The position numbers and the translations under genes were made by a program. Positions 20,318 through 29,186 of a stretch of 64,000 nt of DNA are shown here, piece by piece. Under the pieces are notes generated by a model. The model saw only the letters and a list, made by a program, of their open reading frames with translations, had not been told where the DNA came from and did not search any database. Source of the DNA: Akkermansia sp. (GTDB lineage: Bacteria; Verrucomicrobiota; Verrucomicrobiia; Verrucomicrobiales; Akkermansiaceae); the NCBI GenBank assembly GCA_043729195.1, contig JAYTLR010000096.1, positions 24,306 to 88,305 of the forward strand, in the 5' to 3' direction. How positions within the stretch are numbered: position 1 is the first letter of the stretch; each line of letters opens with the position of its first letter.

Positions 20318-21145
20318 ATGACGCCACCCGATTGCCCCGACCTCCCCCGTCCCACCGCGGAACACTCCATCAGCGAGGAGGCCATCCGGGAGGAAGAACG
20401 CTTCGAGTTGGAAAACCCCGACCGCGGTTTCCTAGCCGGCCCGCGCTCCCGCTTCAACGACCTCGCAACCGTCGCCCGGGTCGGCCTGGATTTCGTCCGC
20501 GCCTTTCGCACCCTCCATTTCGTCGGCCCTGCCGTGACGATTTTCGGTTCCGCCCGCACCGAGCCGGGCACCACCTACTACGAGATGGCCCGCAAGATGG
20601 GCGCCGCCATCGCCGAGATCGGCTTCACCGTCATGACCGGCGGCGGCCCGGGGATCATGGAAGCGGGCAACCGCGGCGCGCACGAGGCGGGCGGCCGTTC
20701 CATCGGCATCAACATCGAGCTGCCCTTCGAACAGCACGTGAATCCCTACGTCGACCACTCGGTCACCATGCGCTACTTCTTCACGCGCAAGACCATCCTC
20801 ATCAAGTATTCCTATGCCTTCGTCGTCCTCCCCGGCGGCGCCGGCACGCTCGACGAGATGTTCGAAACCATGACCCTGATCCAGACCGGGAAAATCCGCA
20901 ATTTCCCCATCATCCTCATGGGCAAGGACTATTGGCAGCCGCTGATGGACTTCGTTTATCACATGGCCGACTCCGGCACGATCAGCCCGTCGGATCCCGA
21001 CCTGATTTTCTTCACCGACGACGTCGCGGACGCCATCGACCACCTCCAGCGCCACGCCGTCCGCCAGTTCGGCCTGCGCCGCCATAAAACGCCGAAACCC
21101 CGCGTCCTCCTCGGGGAAAGAGCCGTCGCCAAGGCCGTGTCCTGA
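20318..21145 (+). CDS. LOG-family (TIGR00730-type) Rossmann protein, nucleotide phosphoribohydrolase-like
   Basis: ATG at 20318. FGSAR, GGGPGIMEAGNRGA, and PGGAGTLDEMFE signatures. Confidence 0.88.
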   Translation: MTPPDCPDLPRPTAEHSISEEAIREEERFELENPDRGFLAGPRSRFNDLATVARVGLDFVRAFRTLHFVGPAVTIFGSARTEPGTTYYEMARKMGAAIAEIGFTVMTGGGPGIMEAGNRGAHEAGGRSIGINIELPFEQHVNPYVDHSVTMRYFFTRKTILIKYSYAFVVLPGGAGTLDEMFETMTLIQTGKIRNFPIILMGKDYWQPLMDFVYHMADSGTISPSDPDLIFFTDDVADAIDHLQRHAVRQFGLRRHKTPKPRVLLGERAVAKAVS

Positions 21146-21240
21146 GGGTTGCTGAAGCCGCCATCGCTTGAACGGGCGGTCTGGAAACAGGCGCTCGCGG
21201 CAAAGTGCCCGTTGACATCGGCCGGCCGGTAAAACATTGT

Positions 21241-21477
21241 ATGACCATGATCAAAACCATCGCCAAGATCGGCAATTCCCACGGTCTCATCTTCGATTCC
21301 ACCTTGCTGCAGCTCGCCCGTCTCAAGCCGGGCGACGAAGTCAACGTGGAGGTTCATCCGGGCGGCACGATCACGATCACGCCGATGCATCCGGTTCAAA
21401 TCTCGGCAGAGTCCGCGGCGGAAACGGCGAGGCGGATCATCCAGAAGAACAGCGAACTTTTCCGGCGGCTGTCGTGA
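21241..21477 (+). CDS. AbrB/MazE/SpoVT-family antitoxin
   Basis: ATG at 21241. IAKIGNSHGLIFDSTLLQLARLKPGDEVNVEVHPGGTITITP is a swapped-hairpin AbrB-like domain. Overlaps the toxin start by 4 nt. Confidence 0.8.
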   Translation: MTMIKTIAKIGNSHGLIFDSTLLQLARLKPGDEVNVEVHPGGTITITPMHPVQISAESAAETARRIIQKNSELFRRLS

Positions 21478-21869
21478 GTGCTGCCTTGCAACATCCCACC
21501 GTGGAAGCGGTGCTGGCGATCCACGAGCAGGTTCTTGCGGCTCACGGTGGTGGGACGGGCATCCGGTCGCGTGATTTGCTGGAATCCGCGGTAGCCGCGC
21601 CTCAGGCGACGATGATGGGAGCGCCGCTTATTTCCGAACCGATCGAGATCGCGGCGGCCTATCTTTTCTACCTAAGCGGAAACCACCCCTTCGTCGATGG
21701 CAACAAGCGGGTCGCGCTCGCGACCTGTCTCGTGTTCCTCAGTGAGAACGGACTTCTTCCGGAGGAGACGCTAAATGTGGAGGACTGGGAAAACCTCACC
21801 CTCGCCGTGGCCGCCGGGCTGCTGGGCCGCGAGGAGATCACGGCGACGCTGCGGAAATTGCTGGGGTGA
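21474..21869 (+). CDS. doc: Doc (death-on-curing) Fic-fold toxin
   Basis: In-frame GTG at 21474 overlaps the antitoxin TGA (GTGA). Fic motif NHPFVDGNKRVA. Confidence 0.85.
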   Translation: MSAALQHPTVEAVLAIHEQVLAAHGGGTGIRSRDLLESAVAAPQATMMGAPLISEPIEIAAAYLFYLSGNHPFVDGNKRVALATCLVFLSENGLLPEETLNVEDWENLTLAVAAGLLGREEITATLRKLLG

Positions 21870-21919
21870 AGATTGGGGAACGCTGTCCGGCCGGTCTGAG
21901 GACCGGCGGTCCCGGGGGG

Positions 21920-23671
21920 TCAGCGCTCTTGGGCGCTGCCGGATTCGAGGTAGTCGGTGACTTCCTTGCGCTCTTCCGCGGGCAGGCCGGCGGCCCATTG
22001 GCGGGCGGCGGCGGGTTCGTATTCGGCCCACTGGGCGGCGAGGTTTTTCGCGGCCCACAAGCGCTCGTCGCCGGCGGGCAGGCTGCGGATCCAGCGGCCG
22101 GCGGCGGCGGGGTCCTCGCGGCCCCAGGTGCTGGCGAGGTTGGATGCCGAGCGGAGCAGTAGGACGTCTTCGCCGTTTTGGGCGGCCTCGGGATCGGGCT
22201 CGACGGGGTTTTCAAGCAGGTGGCGGATGGCCTCGGCGCGAAGCGGGACGGGGGCGGCGCTCTGGTCGCTATTGGTGAGCTTGGCGGCGATCACGGACTT
22301 CTGGTCGGCAGGAAGCCCGGCGAACTCAGCAGTGGCGGCGGTCAGTTGGTCGCGGTCCCAGCTTTGGGTGAGACGTGCGTATTGCCACATCGCCGACTCG
22401 TTCTTGTCCACGAGACCGGTCAGCCATTCGGAAGAGGTCGGCGTGGTCTTTCCCTCGGCTTCCGCATTGGCGTTCTCGAGGATCTGGCGGGCTTGTTCGA
22501 TCTCGCCGGGATCGGTCAGGGTGGCGATCCAGGCTTCCGCCCGGGCTTTGTCTTTGGTCGCGAGGAATGGCAGGGTGTTGAAGAACAGGGTGTTCCGCTG
22601 GTTTGCGTCAAGGGTGTCGCCATCGAGCAAGGCCAGCGCGCGGTCGGGGTCTTTTTGCCCGAGGTGGCTCATGGCGTATCGGTGCAGCCGATCCGACTGC
22701 TCGTCGTTGAAGCCCATCGCGGCGAGGTCGGTGTCGAGCCACTGGCCAGGGTTCTCGTTGACGAGGTAGTAGGGATTGTCCGTGGCGGCTTCGGCGAACC
22801 AACCATCCGGCAGGGAGGAAGGGTTCTTCATCATCTCCTTGATCATCTCGTCGCTTTCCATCGCGGCGAGGAAGCGCTTTTTGCCATCGGGGGCATCGCG
22901 CAGGGTGGCGATCCCGGCTCTAAAGTCTTTCTTCAGGGAGGCATTGATCAGGGACTGCCTGGCGGTCTCCCGGAGGCCGGCCGGCCAGTTGGCGGACTCG
23001 CTTTCAAGCAGGGCCGGGGAGTTCTTGGCGAGCTCTGCGATCATTTCGGAAACGGGCCAGCTTTCGTTGTCGCCGAGCAATTTCTGAAGCTTCAGGACCT
23101 GCGCGACGGCCAGCTCGGGATCGGCCTCGGCAAGCGGAGCGGCCATGGCGGAGGCGAGTTCCTGGAGGTCGCCCCTGTCCTTCACGCCCTCCATGAAAGC
23201 GAGCGCGGCGTGCGGGTCCTGGCGGGCCCAGCGTTCGGCCGTCTCGTGGGTCTTGTCGTTGTTGCGGCGGAGGAAATAGCTCATCAACCCTTCGGGATCC
23301 TCCGCCAGCCAGCGGGCGCGGGTGATGCGATAAAAGAGGTTCGAATCCATGTTGTCATGGAAGTCGAACCACTCGGCCTGATACCAGCGCTCCATTTCGG
23401 AGACCGGCAGGCTGTGGGCCAGCGCGAGGGTCGCGCGGAGCCGTTCGTCCGGAGTGCGGGCCGCATGGATCGCGGCGAGGCGCTGGCGGACGTCTTCCGG
23501 CATCGCGGCCTTGCCCGCGGTGCGGGGGCCGCGCTTCGAGGCTTTGGCGTACGCTGGCGTGCTGGCATCACCGGTCGATGCCAGCTTCCCGGGCGTGGCA
23601 GCTTGCCAGCCGGCGAGGGCGAAGGCGGCGAAGCAAGCCGCGGCGAGGAGATGGATCGGGGGAAGCTTCAT
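21920..23671 (-). CDS. Secreted all-helical repeat protein (unknown family)
   Basis: ATG at 23671. Signal-like MKLPPIHLLAAACFAAFALAG. Recurrent ~35-aa helical units rich in W/A/E (..DPxAAxxWxxxLP..). The start overlaps the upstream paralog stop by 4 nt. Confidence 0.7.
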   Translation of the reverse strand: MKLPPIHLLAAACFAAFALAGWQAATPGKLASTGDASTPAYAKASKRGPRTAGKAAMPEDVRQRLAAIHAARTPDERLRATLALAHSLPVSEMERWYQAEWFDFHDNMDSNLFYRITRARWLAEDPEGLMSYFLRRNNDKTHETAERWARQDPHAALAFMEGVKDRGDLQELASAMAAPLAEADPELAVAQVLKLQKLLGDNESWPVSEMIAELAKNSPALLESESANWPAGLRETARQSLINASLKKDFRAGIATLRDAPDGKKRFLAAMESDEMIKEMMKNPSSLPDGWFAEAATDNPYYLVNENPGQWLDTDLAAMGFNDEQSDRLHRYAMSHLGQKDPDRALALLDGDTLDANQRNTLFFNTLPFLATKDKARAEAWIATLTDPGEIEQARQILENANAEAEGKTTPTSSEWLTGLVDKNESAMWQYARLTQSWDRDQLTAATAEFAGLPADQKSVIAAKLTNSDQSAAPVPLRAEAIRHLLENPVEPDPEAAQNGEDVLLLRSASNLASTWGREDPAAAGRWIRSLPAGDERLWAAKNLAAQWAEYEPAAARQWAAGLPAEERKEVTDYLESGSAQER

Positions 23672-25215
23672 CGGTCACCGAGATAAGGTTTCAGCGCCTT
23701 TTGCAGGTCTTCGGTCAGCTCCGTCTGCTCGAGCCACTGTTCGGCCGCTTCGCGGTCCTGGCTTCGCCATTGCTGGAAAGCATTCTCGGCCACATTTTTT
23801 CGGGAACTCTCGTTCGACATGCGGGAAGACCAGTCGAGCGCCCGGGCGAAGTCCCCCTTTTCGACGAAGCTATCCGTGATGAACCTGACCCCTTGGTCTT
23901 GGAACGGGCCCAGCTCCTGGGCGTCGAGCCAATCGCCGAACCTTTCGACGTCCAGGCGCGCCCAAGTTTGGGCGACGGTGCCGAGAGCGCTGCCGTCTAT
24001 CTCACGTTGCAGATTCGTGCCATCGCCCTCCTGCGAAGCCGCGTCCATGGCGGCATGAGGATCCGCGGCAACCAGGCCGTCGATGAAGGACTGCAAGCCA
24101 TCGATCGCCCCGCCGCTGCCGCTTGCACCATTCGGGTAGTGGGTCCAGTTCATCCGGTTGCCGGCATCCGGGCAGGCTTTGAAAAGTTCGCTGAAGATCT
24201 CGAGGGCCTTCTTCGGATCACTTTCCGTCAGCCCCTTTCCGATCACCGCGAGCTGTTCCGCGGCGATCCGCGGGGAGGCAGCGGCGCGGGCTTGGGCAAG
24301 CGCGTCGGCGGAATTGGTTTCCGCGAGGTGTCGGAAGGCCACACTCTCGAGTTTCCATTTGAACTCACCCGACGGGCAGGCCGCCGCGAGTTCGGCGAGC
24401 ATCTCCGGGTTCTCGCGCTCCAAGGTGCGGAGAAAGGCATCGTTGGAATAAGAATTGTCGCAGTGCCGGTTGGTCCGCAGCCACTCCATCGCGGCGTGCG
24501 GGTCCTCGCGGGTGAGCTTTTCGATCGCCTCCGTATCGTGCATCCGGCCGTGCTTCCGCTGGAAGGCGAGCGCGGCCTCGGGATCGGTGCGGGTCAGGCC
24601 GTTGAGGATGCCCTGAATGCCGTTCCACTGGGCGAAGCCGGGGTTTTCCTCCAAGATCTGCATCGCGCGCTCCGGGTAAAATTGACCGATGGCGCGCATC
24701 ACGAAGCCGGACATTTCCTTCGACGCCCCGCGCACCGCGGCGATCGCGGCGTCGGGGTCGTTGATGGTCCAGGCCCACCACGGGATGCCGTCGTGGCCGG
24801 AGCCCTTGGCCGCTTCGATCGCAGCGAGCGGGTTGGTCTTCGTCCACTGCGAGAAGATCAGATCGACGAGGCCGGTGTCGCGGGTGTCGCGCTTCCGGTA
24901 GGCTGCCCAGAAGGCGGCGAGGTCATCCTCCGGGGCATCCAGCAGCCACAGCGCGAGGCGGGCGTAGAGCTCCTCCGCGTCCGTGATGGCAAGCAGATCG
25001 TCGAGGGTATCGGCAGATCTCATGCCGGGCGGCGGTGGGGTCGGTGCGGAGTCGAGCGCGGGGCTGGCGGGGGCCTGGCGTTTGGGGCGAGGCGGCGGAG
25101 TGTTGCCCGGGATCGCCACGACCGGCGGAGTCTCCTTCGGCCAGTGCGCGGCAAAGCCGGCCAGAAAGCCAAGCGCGGCCGCGACAGGGAGGAGATAGCG
25201 AGCCTTGGTGATCAC
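23668..25215 (-). CDS. Secreted all-helical repeat protein, paralog of 21920-23671
   Basis: GTG at 25215. N-terminal TM/signal YLLPVAAALGFLAGFAA. Same helical W-rich repeat style. ATGA overlap with the downstream gene. Confidence 0.7.
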   Translation of the reverse strand: MITKARYLLPVAAALGFLAGFAAHWPKETPPVVAIPGNTPPPRPKRQAPASPALDSAPTPPPPGMRSADTLDDLLAITDAEELYARLALWLLDAPEDDLAAFWAAYRKRDTRDTGLVDLIFSQWTKTNPLAAIEAAKGSGHDGIPWWAWTINDPDAAIAAVRGASKEMSGFVMRAIGQFYPERAMQILEENPGFAQWNGIQGILNGLTRTDPEAALAFQRKHGRMHDTEAIEKLTREDPHAAMEWLRTNRHCDNSYSNDAFLRTLERENPEMLAELAAACPSGEFKWKLESVAFRHLAETNSADALAQARAAASPRIAAEQLAVIGKGLTESDPKKALEIFSELFKACPDAGNRMNWTHYPNGASGSGGAIDGLQSFIDGLVAADPHAAMDAASQEGDGTNLQREIDGSALGTVAQTWARLDVERFGDWLDAQELGPFQDQGVRFITDSFVEKGDFARALDWSSRMSNESSRKNVAENAFQQWRSQDREAAEQWLEQTELTEDLQKALKPYLGDR

Positions 25216-25294
25216 TTAACAGGAAGTATCGAAGTGCTAACTCCGGGGCAAGGGGAAGTCTTTGGGGGTGCGGAGTCCATTGGACGAGACGGGC

Positions 25295-25338
25295 AAGAGG
25301 GAGTGCGGGCGAGCCGCCCGCACCCCTCTTTTTCCTTT
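25295..25338 (+). other. GC-rich 15-bp hairpin plus T-run (terminator-like palindromic repeat unit) in a divergent promoter region
   Basis: AAGAGGG(A)GTGCGGGC-loop-GCCCGCACCCCTCTT followed by TTTCCTTT. Positions 25304-25330 are identical to 31264-31290. Confidence 0.5.
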
Positions 25339-25413
25339 GAATCCGCGGCGGGGCACTCCCACCTTCCGCCCGTGGACGCCGCCCTTGTCACTCGGACCGC
25401 CTCGCTAGACGCC

Positions 25414-26634
25414 ATGACGCCGTGCGAGGTCGCGGCGGCGCTGTCGCATCTCGACGGGCTGGTATTCTTCGACACCGCCGGCCACCTGCCCGCCAGCTAC
25501 GGCGCGCCGCTGTCGGTGATCGCCGCGCGGCCGCGGGAAATCCTGCGCGGTTCGATCCACGACGCCGCCGACCGCGCGCGGCTCCGGGCCGCACTGGAGC
25601 GCGGTGCGGCGACGCCAGCGCCGGACCGCGGCTTTTCGCTCGGCGGGCTCTGCGGTTGGGTCGGCTACGGCGGTGAGTTCGTGTTCGGGGACTTTCCCGA
25701 AATGCTGGTGCACGATCATCGTAGCGGCCGCTGGCACGAGTGCGGCCGGCTTTCCGAAGAGCTGCGGGTTCCTGAGCAAATGCGGCCGGAGATCGGAGAT
25801 TTCCGCCCGCTGATGGAGCGCGAAACCTTCCTCGCCGCAGTCCGCCGCATCCACGACTGGATCGTGGCCGGCGATATCTATCAGGTGAACCTGACCCAGG
25901 CCTTCGAGGCGCAGGTCTGCGGGCCTGGCTTGTTCCCGCTGTATGAGACGCTGCGCGAATGTTCTCCCGCGCCGCTGGCGGCTTACCTTTCGCTCGGCGG
26001 CACCGAGTTGCTCTCTTCTTCGCCCGAGACCTTCCTGCGGCTGTTCGGCCGGGGCATCGAGACCCGGCCGATCAAGGGCACGCGGCCCCGTTTCGCGGAT
26101 CCCGACGAGGACCGCCGCTCGGCCTACGAACTCCAGACGAGCCCGAAGGAAATCGCCGAGCTGGTGATGATTACCGACTTGCTCCGCAACGACCTCGGCC
26201 AGGTCTGCGAGTTCGGCTCGGTGAAGGTCGATGAGATGTTGCAGCTCGAATCGCTCGGTCAGGTCCATCACATGGTATCGACGGTCAGCGGCCGGCTGAA
26301 CGACGGGGTGGATCACCTCGATGCCCTCGCGGCCTGCTTTCCCGGCGGCAGCATCACCGGCGCGCCGAAGAAGCGGGCGATGGAGATCATCGCGGAGCTG
26401 GAGCCGGTGCCGCGGGGGATTTACTGCGGGGCGATCGGCTACCTCGGCTACCACGGCGAAAGCCAGTTCAACATCGCGATCCGCACGCTGGTCCGCGAGG
26501 GGGACACGATGAGTTATCATGTCGGAGCCGGGATCGTCGCCGACTCCGAGCCCGAAAAAGAGTATGAGGAGACCCTCCACAAGGCCGCCGGAATCCGCTT
26601 GGCGGTCGAGCGGTGGAAGGGCGTTCAGGCGTAG
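25414..26634 (+). CDS. pabB: Aminodeoxychorismate synthase component I
   Basis: ATG at 25414. Chorismate-binding core with PIKGT (the Lys is diagnostic of PabB versus TrpE PIAGT), SITGAPK, and GIYCGAIGY. Confidence 0.85.
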   Translation: MTPCEVAAALSHLDGLVFFDTAGHLPASYGAPLSVIAARPREILRGSIHDAADRARLRAALERGAATPAPDRGFSLGGLCGWVGYGGEFVFGDFPEMLVHDHRSGRWHECGRLSEELRVPEQMRPEIGDFRPLMERETFLAAVRRIHDWIVAGDIYQVNLTQAFEAQVCGPGLFPLYETLRECSPAPLAAYLSLGGTELLSSSPETFLRLFGRGIETRPIKGTRPRFADPDEDRRSAYELQTSPKEIAELVMITDLLRNDLGQVCEFGSVKVDEMLQLESLGQVHHMVSTVSGRLNDGVDHLDALAACFPGGSITGAPKKRAMEIIAELEPVPRGIYCGAIGYLGYHGESQFNIAIRTLVREGDTMSYHVGAGIVADSEPEKEYEETLHKAAGIRLAVERWKGVQA

Positions 26635-28286
26635 ATCTTCTCGTAGTATTCCGTGACCATCCGGTCGGAGTCGAAGAAGGGAATCACCTCGTTCATCGAG
26701 TTGAAGACGAGCTTCGCCCAGCCGTCGGGGTCATCGTAGTAGAGTGGCAGGATCTTCTCCTCCATCGCCTCGTAGAAGCCGAGCAGGTCGTGACGGTCGC
26801 GGGCCTCGGGGGTCAGGCTCGGGTCGGCGGGCGGGATGATGAAGCTGTTGTGGCTGTCCTTGGAGAACTCGCAGACCCAGCCGTCGTAGGTCGAAAGGTT
26901 GACCGAGGCGTTCATGGCGGCGGTCATGCCGGAGGTGCCGGAGGCCTCGCGGGTAACGACCGGGTTGTTCAACCACACGTCGGCGCCGTATTTCAAGAGG
27001 CGCGACAGCTCGAGTTCGTAGCCGACCAGCACCGCCACGTTTGGGAAGTCCTTGGTCACCTGGACGAGGTGGTTGAAGGTCTCGATCGCGCCGAAGTCGA
27101 AGGGGAAAGGCTTGCCGGCCCAGATGATCTGGATTGGGCGCTCGTTGTTGTTGATCAGCGCGCGGAACATCCGGATGTCGCGGGTGATCAGGTCGGGGCG
27201 CTTGTAGCCGGCGAAGCGGCGGGCCCAGACGATCGTGAGCACGTCGGGATTGAAGAGCTTGCCGGTCTGGTTGGCGACGGTTTGGAAGAGCACCGACTTC
27301 AGCTCGCGCTTGCGGCTGCGGAGTTCGCTGGCGCTGCCTTCCTGGCGGGCGTGTTCGAGGCCGCGGTCGGTCCAGTATTTCGCGTTCTGGGCATTGGTGA
27401 CGTGGGTGATCGGACAGATGCCGGGAGAACTCTCCCACATCTTGCGGGAGACGTCGCCGTGGAGCTTGGAGACCGCGTTCGCGAGATGGCTCAGGCGCAG
27501 GGCGGCGAGCGAGTGATTGAAAACGTCGCCGTCGATTCCGGTGGCCGTCCGGACCTCGTTCATCGGGACGGAGCCGAAGAACGAGAAGTCGTGGAGCAGC
27601 TTGAAGTCGTGCTTTTCGTTGCCCGCTTCCTCCGGGGTGTGGGTGGTGAAGACGAAGCGCTTCTTCACTTCTTCCAAGCTACGATGTTTCTCGTAGACGC
27701 GGAAGGCGGCGGCCAGGCCGTGGGCTTCGTTGAGGTGCCAGACTTCGGGGTCGACGCCGAGTTCCTCCAACAATCGCGCGCCGCCGGCACCAAGGATGAT
27801 GTATTGCGCGATCCGGCGCAGTGGGTCGTTGTCGTAAAGGCGGTGGGTGATGGCGCGGGAGAGGCCGTCGTTTTCCTCGATATCAGTGGTCAGGAAGAAC
27901 ATCGGCACGGTCCCGAAGATGTCGCCGGGCAGGAACATCGCCTTGACCCAGACCGGGTGGCCGTGGACCGGGACTTGGAACTTGATGCCGGTATCCTGGA
28001 GGAAAGCGTACTGCTTTTTCCGGAACTGCACCGCCATCTCGCGCTCCTCGCCGCGGGCCTGGTCATAGTAGCCGTAGGTCCAGAGCATGCCGATGCCGCA
28101 GAGGTTCTGGCGCATCGCCGCCGCCGAGCGCATGTGCGAGCCGGCGAGGAAGCCGAGGCCACCGGAGTAGATCTTGAAGATCTGGTCGATGGCGAATTCG
28201 CAGGAGAAATAGACGGCGCTCTTCGAGAATTTCGGGTCGATCTCGTAGGTGTGGGCGAAGGGCTTGGGCAGGAAGGAACCGGTCAT
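26625..28286 (-). CDS. Alpha-glucan phosphorylase homolog (GT35) lacking the canonical PLP lysine
   Basis: ATG at 28286. Small GT35 architecture with EASGTSGM-T-AAMN, where phosphorylases have EASGT(S/G)xMK. Confidence 0.8.
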   Translation of the reverse strand: MTGSFLPKPFAHTYEIDPKFSKSAVYFSCEFAIDQIFKIYSGGLGFLAGSHMRSAAAMRQNLCGIGMLWTYGYYDQARGEEREMAVQFRKKQYAFLQDTGIKFQVPVHGHPVWVKAMFLPGDIFGTVPMFFLTTDIEENDGLSRAITHRLYDNDPLRRIAQYIILGAGGARLLEELGVDPEVWHLNEAHGLAAAFRVYEKHRSLEEVKKRFVFTTHTPEEAGNEKHDFKLLHDFSFFGSVPMNEVRTATGIDGDVFNHSLAALRLSHLANAVSKLHGDVSRKMWESSPGICPITHVTNAQNAKYWTDRGLEHARQEGSASELRSRKRELKSVLFQTVANQTGKLFNPDVLTIVWARRFAGYKRPDLITRDIRMFRALINNNERPIQIIWAGKPFPFDFGAIETFNHLVQVTKDFPNVAVLVGYELELSRLLKYGADVWLNNPVVTREASGTSGMTAAMNASVNLSTYDGWVCEFSKDSHNSFIIPPADPSLTPEARDRHDLLGFYEAMEEKILPLYYDDPDGWAKLVFNSMNEVIPFFDSDRMVTEYYEKIYA

Positions 28287-28566
28287 GGAAGGCGGGTGGA
28301 AAGGAATTCGGCAGGTCAGCGTGGGATGTCCCGGCGGTCGGACCGATCGCGGCCTGAACGCCGTCAGAGGTGGATCATGATCAGGAATTTGTCGAGTCCG
28401 CGGGCGTGAATGCGCGTTTCGTACCAGTTTTCCCGGATTTGCAGAGCTCAGCCTGGGCGGGGATTCCGCGGACGAGGTCGTTTCTTTGCGGGGAACCTGC
28501 CATTCCTCCCCCCCCCGGACTTCCGCCTTGTCCCGGGGACCCGCCTCGCCTAATCCCCGTGCGCAC

Positions 28567-29172
28567 ATGAATTCGATGCACCTTTACGAGCGCCTGCCCC
28601 TTTTCGGTACCGGCATCGTGCTCGGCGTGTGGCTGATCGTGGTGCACGCCCTGATGCTCGCCAAACCGGCTCCGGTACAGGGCTTCCTGAAGAAATTCCC
28701 ACGCGATCACCAGCTCGGCTGGGTGATCCTGGCGATCGGCTTGATCTGGTTCTGGTTGCTGGTCGCGCTGCCGGGCAAAGGAATTCTCAACTCGCTGGCG
28801 ATGGACCTTGGCGAGTTCAACGGGGTGAAGAAATACCTGCGCTACGTGGTCCCGCTATCGATCGCCGCCGTCGGCATGGCGGTGAAGGAATTCCTCTCCG
28901 TCCGCGCGCTCGGGCTGCTCGGCCTGATGGCCGCAGCGCCCTTGCTTGAAGCCGCTTTTCTCAAGGACCCCCAGAGCCGGCTGCTGATCCCGATCTTCGC
29001 CTTCGCGATGGTGGTCGCCTCGCTCTACTGCGTCGGCATGCCCTACCTGTTCCGCGACGCGGTGACGTGGGCCACCGCATCCCCCAAACGCTGGCGGGTC
29101 CTATCGCTGGCCGGTCTCGGCTACGGCATCGCCGTGCTGACCTGCGCTTTCCTTTTCTGGAAGGGGTTCTGA
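28567..29172 (+). CDS. Polytopic membrane protein (unknown family)
   Basis: ATG at 28567. At least 5 hydrophobic helices (GIVLGVWLIVVHALML, WVILAIGLIWFWLLVAL, and others). Confidence 0.65.
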   Translation: MNSMHLYERLPLFGTGIVLGVWLIVVHALMLAKPAPVQGFLKKFPRDHQLGWVILAIGLIWFWLLVALPGKGILNSLAMDLGEFNGVKKYLRYVVPLSIAAVGMAVKEFLSVRALGLLGLMAAAPLLEAAFLKDPQSRLLIPIFAFAMVVASLYCVGMPYLFRDAVTWATASPKRWRVLSLAGLGYGIAVLTCAFLFWKGF

Positions 29173-29186
29173 TCCGGAAATGTAGA

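Noticed and set aside
21886-21910. Hairpin between doc and the convergent helical-repeat gene as a bidirectional terminator
   Set aside because: The stem is only ~7 bp with a bulge and there is no U-tract on either strand.
23578-25413. N-terminal 612 codons of the 1018-aa ORF that ends as pabB
   Set aside because: This part is antisense to the well-supported 23668-25215 gene and has non-coding-like composition. PabB homology begins at the ATG at 25414, with the chorismate-binding domain downstream.
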